This document shows positions 8,596 through 16,087 of a stretch of 35,217 bases of DNA, one piece after another (positions within the stretch are counted from its first letter, which is position 1; each line of letters begins with the position of its first letter). The stretch is from Clostridia bacterium (lineage in GTDB: Bacteria; Bacillota; Clostridia; Oscillospirales; Acutalibacteraceae): positions 1 through 35,217 of the forward strand of contig JAFYMD010000106.1 in NCBI GenBank assembly GCA_017556785.1, in the 5' to 3' direction. The notes beneath the pieces were generated by a model. The model was not told the DNA's origin, searched no databases, and saw only the letters and a program-made list of their open reading frames with translations. The translations under genes and the position numbers were made by a program.

Positions 8596-9644
8596 TATAA
8601 CTCCTCGGTGCACAAAGCGAGCAGTTCATCCACGTGAGCGGTAGCAACACACTCAACCGTATCACTTGCGCCATAGTAAATTTTCACCTGACCGTCATCT
8701 TCCAAAATCATGCCGCCGGGGAAAATCACGTTTTGTCTGAATCCCTCGTCGGTTTCATAGGGAAGTTCGGGAGCGATCAAAGGACTCTTGCTCATACCAA
8801 TTACCTTGGAAGGGTCTTCCAAATCCAGCAGAGCGATCCCTGCGGTATAGCGCTTAGTCCAGGTAAGATCCCAAGTGGTTTGCCCTCTGCCTTCTCGTTC
8901 CACGTCAACCGCGTGGAAGGTAATCAACCAGCCTTTATCGGTTTTCACGGGAGGGGCGGCAGGGCCGATTTTGTTGTTGGCATACGGTACGTTTTCGACC
9001 CCCAGCACCAGTTGGCTTTCCCCCCAGAATTTCAGGTCGGGAGATTTGGAAATCCACATATCAAAGCGGTCTCTGCCGCCGCGACCGTATACAGGGAAAG
9101 GCCGTTCCAAACGATAGTAATATCCTCCGATTTTTTCGGGGAAAAGCACCATGTTGCGGTTGTCGGGCACGGTTGCGCTAATGATTTCGTAACCGGAAAA
9201 ATCGTCCTTTACCTTGGCAATTGCCCCACGAATACCATGATGAGTGTCCATAGCAAGGCAAAGATAAATCTCACCGTCGATCACGGTCAATCGGGGATCA
9301 TACAAGCGCAAAATGTCGGGTACGTCTTTTTCTTTCCCCAGCATATTTTTGCCCACTTGATAGTCCACCAGGGGAACTTCTTTTACCTGCCAATTGGTAA
9401 CACCGTCATCGCTGAAAGCAATGCCAACGGAAGTCCCTTTAAACCCAATTTTTTGGTTAACAAATTTATCGCTGTCGGTTCCGTAATCGTTACGGAACAC
9501 CATCACGTATTTTCCGTTGATTTTTTCAACGCCTGCGTTAAAAATCAAAGCGGCGTCATAAGGAATATCATCCTTGGTTAAAATCGGTTTTTCTAATTTT
9601 TTAAGACAATCTGCACTTTTCAGAATGGGTTCCCAAATAGCCAT
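8595..9644 (-). CDS. GH130 family beta-mannoside phosphorylase-like protein
   Basis: About 349 aa and cytoplasmic. The N-terminus KPILTKDDIPYDAALIFNAGVEKINGKYVMVFRND and the overall five-bladed-propeller-like repeat pattern resemble GH130 enzymes (mannosylglucose, mannooligosaccharide and Man-GlcNAc phosphorylases). Start is at ATG 9644 (MAIWEP); the track start is a TTG 9 nt upstream. The stop TAA overlaps the downstream ATG (TAATG at 8597-8593). Confidence 0.75.
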   Translation of the reverse strand: MAIWEPILKSADCLKKLEKPILTKDDIPYDAALIFNAGVEKINGKYVMVFRNDYGTDSDKFVNQKIGFKGTSVGIAFSDDGVTNWQVKEVPLVDYQVGKNMLGKEKDVPDILRLYDPRLTVIDGEIYLCLAMDTHHGIRGAIAKVKDDFSGYEIISATVPDNRNMVLFPEKIGGYYYRLERPFPVYGRGGRDRFDMWISKSPDLKFWGESQLVLGVENVPYANNKIGPAAPPVKTDKGWLITFHAVDVEREGRGQTTWDLTWTKRYTAGIALLDLEDPSKVIGMSKSPLIAPELPYETDEGFRQNVIFPGGMILEDDGQVKIYYGASDTVECVATAHVDELLALCTEEL

Positions 9645-9682
9645 AAAAAACAACCTTTCTTTATTTTAAAATTTTCAATTTG

Positions 9683-9711
9683 ATTATACAATATGGAATC
9701 ATATATTGCAA
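9683..9711 (-). promoter_or_regulatory. Putative sigma-A promoter in front of GH130-phosphomutase
   Basis: The minus strand reads TTGCAA (9711-9706), a 17-nt spacer, then a consensus TATAAT (9688-9683). It sits about 40 nt upstream of ATG 9644. Confidence 0.6.
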
Positions 9712-9723
9712 GAATAAAACGAT

Positions 9724-10851
9724 TTATTGATTCGAGGCAACTGCTTGATAGGCAATATGCAACCAACCTGCATGCTCTTGGTTACCGGTGTCGGAGCCGC
9801 CCCCTTCGGGCAACCAGCTTTCCCGTACCACTTGGTCGCAACAATCTTCCAAGAAAATCAGCAATTCTTGCAAGCGGTCGGTATAGCCCATTTTTTTGCA
9901 ATACATCATTTCCCAAGCAAGCCCTTTGCCCAGCACGTGGGTACCTTTGGCGGCAGGGGCAAGTTCGGTTTCAAAGGCGGTGAAACTGTCTAACATTTGG
10001 TATTTGCCATAATATTCCACATAACCGTATTTCAGATAAGCCTGATAGGTGTTCTCTAACATCTCGGGGTCGGCGGCATACCAATCGCAACTCATGGGAG
10101 CCAAATTCACCCACGAAAACCCGAGAATATCCCGACGGGCCGCGTTGGGATTGGCATCAATAGACTTTTGACTGCGACCAATAAGCTCGGCATACATCTT
10201 TTTGCCGTCTACCTCTCCTACCAGGAAGTTATGCACACCCTTTACAATGGTAGCGGCGGCAGATTCCCACACCTTGGCGTTTTCGGGGTCAGTTTCGGCT
10301 ACCAACTGTGCCAACTCGTGCAAGGCTTGGGAAGCGTACACGTTGGTGAGCAAGTCGTAGCATTGGAAATACGAACGGTCACGGGAATGCTCTAAACTTT
10401 GGTTAAACAACAAACCGTAGGGATTATCCAAAGCCCCATTTTGCAAAAAGTAGTGGGCAAAGATTGTTACCCGCTCATAGGAATTTTCCAAAAATGCCTT
10501 GTTTTCGTCGGTTTTGGGAGCGGTGTTGGCAAAGGTCACCCACGTATGCAAAAAGAAGAAGGTGGCATCTGCCTGACATTTCATGCAGGGATTACGATGG
10601 GCAGGGTCCAGCACGTGAATAAGATAATCAAAGCCGTGTTGATTGTGATAATCCACGGTGTATTCCATGATTTTGCGGGCAAGGTCATAGTCCCCACGCA
10701 AAACGTGGCACAGTGCGTGTACCGAAGCATCCCGTCCGTACATGCCGCCGTAAGCACCCGTTACCGAAGTGGCGGCATAGCCGTCTTCCCGAATGCGGTC
10801 GGCCAGGGAACGATAGGTGTTTTCAAACAGCAAATGAATTTTTTCGGTCAT
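9724..10851 (-). CDS. Uncharacterised enzyme-like protein, paralog 1 of 3 (putative six-hairpin glycosidase-like fold), cytoplasmic
   Basis: 375 aa with no signal peptide and the RBS GAGGAGAA. It shares these blocks with 10921-12057 and with the middle of 12072-15020: GMYGRDASVH, LEHSRD, YDLLTNVYASQALHELA, GFSWVNLAPMSCDWY, GKGLAWEMMYCK and GGGSDTGNQEHAGW. Confidence 0.8.
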   Translation of the reverse strand: MTEKIHLLFENTYRSLADRIREDGYAATSVTGAYGGMYGRDASVHALCHVLRGDYDLARKIMEYTVDYHNQHGFDYLIHVLDPAHRNPCMKCQADATFFFLHTWVTFANTAPKTDENKAFLENSYERVTIFAHYFLQNGALDNPYGLLFNQSLEHSRDRSYFQCYDLLTNVYASQALHELAQLVAETDPENAKVWESAAATIVKGVHNFLVGEVDGKKMYAELIGRSQKSIDANPNAARRDILGFSWVNLAPMSCDWYAADPEMLENTYQAYLKYGYVEYYGKYQMLDSFTAFETELAPAAKGTHVLGKGLAWEMMYCKKMGYTDRLQELLIFLEDCCDQVVRESWLPEGGGSDTGNQEHAGWLHIAYQAVASNQ

Positions 10852-10877
10852 AGTAATTTCTCCTCATAAGGGATTGC

Positions 10878-10912
10878 GACAAAACCACCGACCAAACAAA
10901 GTCGGTGGTTTC
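10878..10912 (-). terminator. Possible weak terminator or attenuating hairpin between paralog 2 and paralog 1
   Basis: AAACCACCGAC (10882-10892) pairs with GTCGGTGGTTT (10901-10911) around an 8-nt loop. The T-tract on the minus strand is short (TTTTGTC) and lies partly within the stem. Confidence 0.4.
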
Positions 10913-10920
10913 CGTAGCAA

Positions 10921-12057
10921 TTATTGTCCCAATTCGGGATAAATGGTTTTATGGGTATACAGCATCCAACTGGCGTGTTCTTGGTTGGCGGTGTCCGAGC
11001 CGCCGCCCACGTAGTGCCAGGTTTCACGATACATATCTTCGCTGAAATCTTCCACGAATTTGGTCAGTTCCGCAAGACGTTCGGCGTAACCCATCTTTTT
11101 GCAATAGAGCATTTCCCAAGCAAGACCTTTCCCGATAACGTGACCGCCACGGGTAATGGGCGCAAGGTCGGTTTCAAATTGGGTGCAAACGTCCAACATA
11201 TAGTTGGTGTTGTAATAATCGCAAGCGCCGTATTTCAGATACATTTGATAGGTGTTTTCCAAAATTTCGGGGTCGGCACCATACCAATCGCAACCCATGG
11301 GAGCAAGGTTCACCCAAGAGAAGCCGCGAATATAGCGAGTAGTAGCATTGGCATTTTCGTGCACTGCTTTGTGGCTACGACCGATGAGTTCGCAATAGAT
11401 TTTTTTGCCGTCTACTTCGGCGGTCAAGAACTTATGCACACCGCCCACGATTTTGGTGGCGGCCGCTTCCCATTTTTTAGCATTTTCGGGGTCGCAATCG
11501 GCTACAAAGGTTGCCAATTCGTGCAGGGCTTGAGAAGCATACACGTTGGTGAGCAGGTCGTAGCAATAAAAGTAAGAGCCGTCGCGGGAATGTTCTAAAC
11601 ATTCGTTATACAACATTTCATAGGGGTTATCCAAATTGCCGGCATCCAAATAATAGTTGGCAAATTTTTGAATCATGCTGTAAGAACTTGCCAAAAATGC
11701 GTCTTTTTCGGGAGAAGCAGGTGCGGCATTCATATACATCACCCAAGCGTGGATGAAGAAGAAAGCGGTATCGGCTTGCTTACGCAAGGAAGGAGGGGCA
11801 TCGTTTTCGTAGATGACGTGAATCGCGAAATCGTAGCCGTGGGTTTCGTGGTAGCCGATGATATAGTTCATCAGTTTACGGGCTTGTTCGTAATCGCCGT
11901 GGGCCACGTGACACATGATTTGAATGGAAGTATCACGGCAGAACATACCGTTATAGTGACCGGTAATAGAAGTATCGGCATAGCCGTCTTCGTGGGTGCG
12001 GTCAATCATGGATTGATAGGTTTTGTTATACAAAGAAATTGCTTTTTGCGTTACCAT
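10921..12057 (-). CDS. Uncharacterised enzyme-like protein, paralog 2 of 3, cytoplasmic
   Basis: 378 aa with no signal peptide. The upstream gene's stop TAA is followed immediately by AGGAG and, 9 nt later, the ATG, indicating operon coupling. A 75-aa central block (LEHSRD...ELIGRS) is 59/75 identical to paralog 1 by hand alignment. Confidence 0.8.
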   Translation of the reverse strand: MVTQKAISLYNKTYQSMIDRTHEDGYADTSITGHYNGMFCRDTSIQIMCHVAHGDYEQARKLMNYIIGYHETHGYDFAIHVIYENDAPPSLRKQADTAFFFIHAWVMYMNAAPASPEKDAFLASSYSMIQKFANYYLDAGNLDNPYEMLYNECLEHSRDGSYFYCYDLLTNVYASQALHELATFVADCDPENAKKWEAAATKIVGGVHKFLTAEVDGKKIYCELIGRSHKAVHENANATTRYIRGFSWVNLAPMGCDWYGADPEILENTYQMYLKYGACDYYNTNYMLDVCTQFETDLAPITRGGHVIGKGLAWEMLYCKKMGYAERLAELTKFVEDFSEDMYRETWHYVGGGSDTANQEHASWMLYTHKTIYPELGQ

Positions 12058-12071
12058 AGCAAGAGTCTCCT

Positions 12072-15020
12072 TTAGAACGTAATGTCAGCATACAGCATGT
12101 TATGGTCAGAGTGACCGTTGTTGACCATGGTGCCTTTGCCTACCGTCCATTTTTTGCATACCACAATGTTGTCAATGGCGCCGTCTTCGCCGTTGGTGAC
12201 AAAGGTGTTGGTAGCATTGTTTACAATGTTGCCGCCGAACACGTTAAACGCCGCGAAATTAGAGCAGTTAAAGTCGCCGGTGATAATGAAGTTGTCCAAA
12301 CCGCTCAAACGATCGGCAATTTCTTGAAATTGACCCGATTGCAAGCTGGTCCAAGTGGTGTGGGTATTAAAGAAGTTTACCATTTGGGTGCCCACCTGAA
12401 TCACAGCATGGCCGCATACCCGTTGTTCTTCGGTACCCGAGGGCAATTGGAAGGTGCTGTAGCTTTTAATGGGGTATTTGGATATAATGGCGTGACCGTA
12501 GGCACCGCCTTCTAAATCAATGGCTTTGGAATAGCCGTAGTACCAACCAAGCTCGTCTGCCAACAACTTGGCTTGGTCTTTTTTGCCGGTACGAATGGTG
12601 TTGTTGTCCACTTCTTGCAAGCCGACAATATCCAACCCGGCATCGGTAATATCTTTGGCGATGGTAGCAGCAGAGGCATCACTTAAAATATGAATGTTAA
12701 AGGTAGCAACTCGCAGGCCGTTCACTTCTTCCACGGGAGGTTGTGCGTTGGGGTCTTTTTTGGTCAGTTCGGGGTGGCAATATTTATGAGCAAACAACAT
12801 CCAGCTGGCGTGTTCTTGGTTGGCGGCGTCAGAGCCGCCGCCGCTGGCTTGCCAGGTTTCACGATACATTTGGTCGCTGTATTTTTCAATGAACGCTTCC
12901 AGCGTACGAATGCGATCGGTATTCCCTACCATTTTGCAATACATCAATTCCCAAGCAAGGCCTTTCCCAATGATTTCGCGAGCGCGAACGTTGGTGGAAC
13001 CGGTGTAGTTGGTGTGTACTTCCAGCATTTTGTATTTACCAAACCAACTGCCTGCGCCGTATTTCATATACAGTTCGTAGGTGTTAGCCATAATTTCTTC
13101 GTCCATGGCATACCATTCGCAACCAACGGGAGCCATGTTTACCCAAGAAAATCCTTGTACAAATTTATCGTTTTCAATGTCGATCAACTCGGCATACATC
13201 TTTTTCCCGTCAATTTCGGTTACCAGATGCTTGTGAACACCTTGTGCGATCAAGTCTGCCCCTTCTCGCCACGCTTTGGCACGGGCGGGATCTTTGGTGG
13301 CAAAGTATTTTGACAACTCGTACCATGCCTGAGAAGCATATACGTTGGTCAGAAGGTCGTAGGAATTCCATTCTCGTTTATCGCGAGAGTGTTCCAAATA
13401 GGGGTTTTCCATCAATCCTTTTTCCCGATTGAAATACATATCGTCAATAAAGTAATCGGCAAAATCTTTGACCTTGTCTTCACTGGCATTCAGCAAAGCG
13501 GTTTTTTCAGCCGAAGCGGGCGCTTTGGTCGCATACATATACCAAGCGTGTAAGAAGAAGAAGGTGGTGTCGGTTTGCAGTTTATCGGAATAGGGCTTTT
13601 TGTTTTCCTGCATGATGTGCAGCACGTAATCTTTTTTGTATTCCTTGTGATAATCCACAATATACTTCAAGATCTTGGCGGCGTAATCATAATCTCCCTG
13701 GGCTATGTGTGCCATAACTTGAATGGAGGAGTCACGGCCAAACATACCCACGTAAGCCCCGTTGAGCGAGGTTTGAGCATACCCGTTTTCATGAGTGCGG
13801 TCTAACATGGATTGATAGGTTTCGGCATACAGCGATTGCCCTTTTACCGAATACAAGGGCAATTCGTGCGTTACGGGTTCAATGGGATCGTCGGCAGTTT
13901 CTTTGTCTGCGGGGAATTTGTCGATTTTACCTACCACATGTTGCAGTACCAGCAAAGCATCAGCGGCAGAAATATTACCGTCGTCATCTACGTCGGCCAA
14001 TTCTTTTTGTTGGTCGGTCATGGCTACCTTGCCAACCACTTGCTTGAGAATCATCAACGCATCAGCCGCAGAAATTGCGTTGTCTCCATCGGGATCACCG
14101 TACAACGGTTTTTCAGAGACGTTGTCCAACGCGTTAAAAGCCTTTACCGCATCCACATAGGTTTGATAATTTTCAACATCATTTACACCGGTGGCAAAAA
14201 CGTAATGGTACAGCATTTGGTCGATTTTCACCAAAGCATCCCGAGAATCGGTGGTAATGGTACCCAGGGCAGTAATGGCATCTTCAATGTCGAACCGTTC
14301 TTTATGTTCTTCACGGTAGATCAGATCTTCGATTCTGTTTTTGCAATAAATCAATTTTTGAATATCTACCACCTTACCACGATCACTGCTGTTCATGGCA
14401 ACGTATTCGTTATAAAGGCCCATAACCCGTTCTTGGTCAGCCAAGGTAATTTCTTCCACCGCAGGCAAAGCGGCAATTTTTTCCGACAATATCTCATAAG
14501 CGGGACGGGTATCTGCAGCCGCACCGATCAATTCAAAGGCTGCAACGGTATCACCAAACCGTTTCCATCCTCCGTCGTTGTTCCAAGCGGTACAGGAATA
14601 CCCGGTAACCGTTGTCATGCCGTTCCACACCGCACGATTGGCAGTATGAACGGAAAAAGAATACCGTTCACCCGCCGTCACGGCTACGGCCGTAGAGAAG
14701 AGCAGTTCAAACCAATCGGTTTTTGCATCAACAAGAGTTAGGGTTTCGGTATAAATTTGAGTACCCGTGTCGGGCGTACCGGAATATACCGTAACATCAA
14801 TGGTGTTATTGGCAGATTCGTTTGCCAAATATACTTTGATTCCTTCCAGAACCTCCGAACCCGGCACGAATTCTTGACCTGCCATATTGGCACCGCTGAT
14901 TAAAAAAAGCGGAGTAGTCGTGTTTGTGGACGAGGTAAAGGCTGTTTCTGCTACGGTAGCAGTCACCATAACCGAAAAGAACATTACCAAGCACAAAACG
15001 GTGGCAATCAAACGTTTCAT
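12072..15020 (-). CDS. Secreted 982-aa multidomain protein: signal peptide, beta-sandwich-like module, helical repeats, internal dockerin, paralog-3 enzyme-like module, C-terminal EEP (endonuclease/exonuclease/phosphatase) domain
   Basis: I start it at ATG 15020 (MKRLIATVLCLVMFFSVMVTATVAE, a classic signal peptide) with AGGAGGA 8 nt upstream. The track start at 15083 adds 21 implausible codons. Domain evidence is given in the separate entries below. Confidence 0.85.
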   Translation of the reverse strand: MKRLIATVLCLVMFFSVMVTATVAETAFTSSTNTTTPLFLISGANMAGQEFVPGSEVLEGIKVYLANESANNTIDVTVYSGTPDTGTQIYTETLTLVDAKTDWFELLFSTAVAVTAGERYSFSVHTANRAVWNGMTTVTGYSCTAWNNDGGWKRFGDTVAAFELIGAAADTRPAYEILSEKIAALPAVEEITLADQERVMGLYNEYVAMNSSDRGKVVDIQKLIYCKNRIEDLIYREEHKERFDIEDAITALGTITTDSRDALVKIDQMLYHYVFATGVNDVENYQTYVDAVKAFNALDNVSEKPLYGDPDGDNAISAADALMILKQVVGKVAMTDQQKELADVDDDGNISAADALLVLQHVVGKIDKFPADKETADDPIEPVTHELPLYSVKGQSLYAETYQSMLDRTHENGYAQTSLNGAYVGMFGRDSSIQVMAHIAQGDYDYAAKILKYIVDYHKEYKKDYVLHIMQENKKPYSDKLQTDTTFFFLHAWYMYATKAPASAEKTALLNASEDKVKDFADYFIDDMYFNREKGLMENPYLEHSRDKREWNSYDLLTNVYASQAWYELSKYFATKDPARAKAWREGADLIAQGVHKHLVTEIDGKKMYAELIDIENDKFVQGFSWVNMAPVGCEWYAMDEEIMANTYELYMKYGAGSWFGKYKMLEVHTNYTGSTNVRAREIIGKGLAWELMYCKMVGNTDRIRTLEAFIEKYSDQMYRETWQASGGGSDAANQEHASWMLFAHKYCHPELTKKDPNAQPPVEEVNGLRVATFNIHILSDASAATIAKDITDAGLDIVGLQEVDNNTIRTGKKDQAKLLADELGWYYGYSKAIDLEGGAYGHAIISKYPIKSYSTFQLPSGTEEQRVCGHAVIQVGTQMVNFFNTHTTWTSLQSGQFQEIADRLSGLDNFIITGDFNCSNFAAFNVFGGNIVNNATNTFVTNGEDGAIDNIVVCKKWTVGKGTMVNNGHSDHNMLYADITF
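12075..12722 (-). other. EEP (endonuclease/exonuclease/phosphatase) domain
   Basis: Residues ~767-982. Motifs are LRVATFNIH, DIVGLQEVD, GHAIISKYPI, NFFNTHTTW, IITGDFNC and the terminal SDHNMLYADITF. These are the canonical EEP fold motifs (N/E metal site, GDFN, SDH). Confidence 0.8.
12765..13859 (-). other. Paralog-3 copy of the uncharacterised ~375-aa module
   Basis: Residues ~388-752. Motifs are GMFGRDSSIQ, LEHSRD, YDLLTNVYASQAWYELS, GFSWVNMAPVGCEWY, GKGLAWELMYCK and GGGSDAANQEHASW. The 75-aa central block is 42/75 identical to paralog 2 by hand alignment. Confidence 0.8.
13911..14105 (-). other. Dockerin module (internal position)
   Basis: YGDPDGDNAISAADALMILKQVVGKVAMTDQQKELADVDDDGNISAADALLVLQHVVGKIDKFP. 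Both Ca-binding loops are canonical. Confidence 0.85.
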
Positions 15021-15054
15021 AAAAAAAGTCCTCCTATTACTTGACATTATCTCT

Positions 15055-15083
15055 ATTATAAAGTAAATTATAATAGAAAACAA
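15055..15083 (-). promoter_or_regulatory. Putative promoter of the 982-aa gene / paralog operon
   Basis: The minus strand reads TTGTTT (15083-15078), a 17-nt spacer, then TATAAT (15060-15055). It lies about 35 nt upstream of ATG 15020, in the divergent intergenic region shared with the AraC gene. Confidence 0.45.
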
Positions 15084-15135
15084 GAGTTATATTTTGCTTT
15101 TTTCATATATTTTTAACTTTCGGAGGGCAAATACG

Positions 15136-15984
15136 ATGGCAATTATTTTTCACGAAGTCAGTCAAATCTTTACCGACACCTTACCCGGCATTTCTTTAAG
15201 CCATCAAGAAGCCAAGGTCAGCGGCGGACATTTGCCTCCTCATTGGCACGAACGAATGGAAATATGGTTGATTCGCGAAGGGAAAATGACCATTTCTTGT
15301 GACCGAGACATCTTTGACGTGGGTGCCGGTGACGTATTGATCTTCAATCCCGGGGAAGTACACTCCTGTCGCGTAACCAAAGCCCCCTCGTCCATTGAGT
15401 GTGCCATTTTTGATCTGACCTCGTTGTTGACCAATCGTCCCGCCGACATTGACCCGCTGATTCGCTCCATTTCTTCGGGGAAGGTGCGATTCCAACACAT
15501 TGTAAGAAAAAACGAAGACGTTCATCAATTGATCGAACAACTGACCGCATGCAACCACACCACCCCTATCAACATTATGCGGGCAGAAGGTTTGCTGCTG
15601 CAATTGCTGTCGGTCTTGCTGGAAGGGTACGTTTCGGTAAAAACCTATTCGGTTCCTCACCATTTGCAAGAAGTCAGCAGTTTGCTGGAATACATCCACG
15701 AACATTTGGCTGACGATATTTCGCTGGAAAACCTGGCCAACCGCGCTTGTATGTCCCCCTCGTATTTTTGCCGATGGTTCAAGGGTGCCGTAGGGGAATC
15801 TCCCATGGCCTACGTGACCACGTTGCGCATCAACAGGGCCTACGAACTGTTGTCAAACGGCTGTTCGGTCACCGAAACCTGTCACAAAGTCGGCATTGAC
15901 GATCTCAACAACTTTAATCGGCAATTTCGCAAGCGAGTAGGTGTTTCCCCCTCTAAAATAAAAGCCGAGACCAAACGCGGATGA
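15136..15984 (+). CDS. AraC family transcriptional regulator (cupin sensor + HTH)
   Basis: The N-terminal cupin is HWHERMEIWLIREGKMTISCDRDIFDVGAGDVLIFNPGEVHS. The C-terminal AraC double HTH is LENLANRACMSPSYFCRWFKGAVGESPMAYVTTLRINRAYELL...NNFNRQFRKRVGVSP. Start is at ATG 15136 (MAIIFHEV) with GGAGGG 8 nt upstream. It is divergent from the 982-aa gene. Confidence 0.85.
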   Translation: MAIIFHEVSQIFTDTLPGISLSHQEAKVSGGHLPPHWHERMEIWLIREGKMTISCDRDIFDVGAGDVLIFNPGEVHSCRVTKAPSSIECAIFDLTSLLTNRPADIDPLIRSISSGKVRFQHIVRKNEDVHQLIEQLTACNHTTPINIMRAEGLLLQLLSVLLEGYVSVKTYSVPHHLQEVSSLLEYIHEHLADDISLENLANRACMSPSYFCRWFKGAVGESPMAYVTTLRINRAYELLSNGCSVTETCHKVGIDDLNNFNRQFRKRVGVSPSKIKAETKRG

Positions 15985-16031
15985 TTGGCACGGCAATTGT
16001 CAAATTCTATGGAAAAAAGTAAAATATCGTC

Positions 16032-16060
16032 TTGCAAACCGTTCCAATCAATGGTACAAT
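16032..16060 (+). promoter_or_regulatory. Putative promoter of the DUF1846 gene
   Basis: TTGCAA (16032-16037), a 17-nt spacer, then TACAAT (16055-16060), preceded by TGg (extended -10). Confidence 0.6.
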
Positions 16061-16087
16061 AGAATTTGTTTTTAGGGGGGCGACGAA

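Larger units (their letters stand above)
9724..13859 (-). repeat. Tandem array of three diverged ~1.1-kb paralogous coding modules
   Basis: The same protein module is encoded at 9724-10851, 10921-12057 and 12765-13859. Conserved DNA blocks are also visible, for example acgttggtgagca(a/g)gtcgtagca at ~10340 and ~11540. The copies have diverged, so this is not an assembly duplication. Confidence 0.8.

Noticed and set aside
8634-9581. 315-aa plus-strand ORF, and similar antisense ORFs at 10924-11598, 12690-13313, 13812-14741 and 19517-20593
   Set aside because: Each lies fully inside a well-supported minus-strand gene (GH130, the paralogs, glgP). None has a recognisable motif or an RBS.
9724-12057. 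The possibility that the two 375-aa genes are an assembly duplication or a recent identical repeat
   Set aside because: The copies differ at many positions (59/75 identity in the best-conserved block checked). They also have different flanks, RBSs and an intervening hairpin, so these are genuine diverged paralogs.
15021-15135. N-terminal extensions in the track: 15083 for the 982-aa gene and 15094 for AraC. Similar cases are 22711, 8613 and 9653.
   Set aside because: The extensions begin at alternative or unsupported start codons without RBSs. They would bury a signal peptide or overlap the promoters. Downstream ATGs with AGGAGG-like RBSs fit better.
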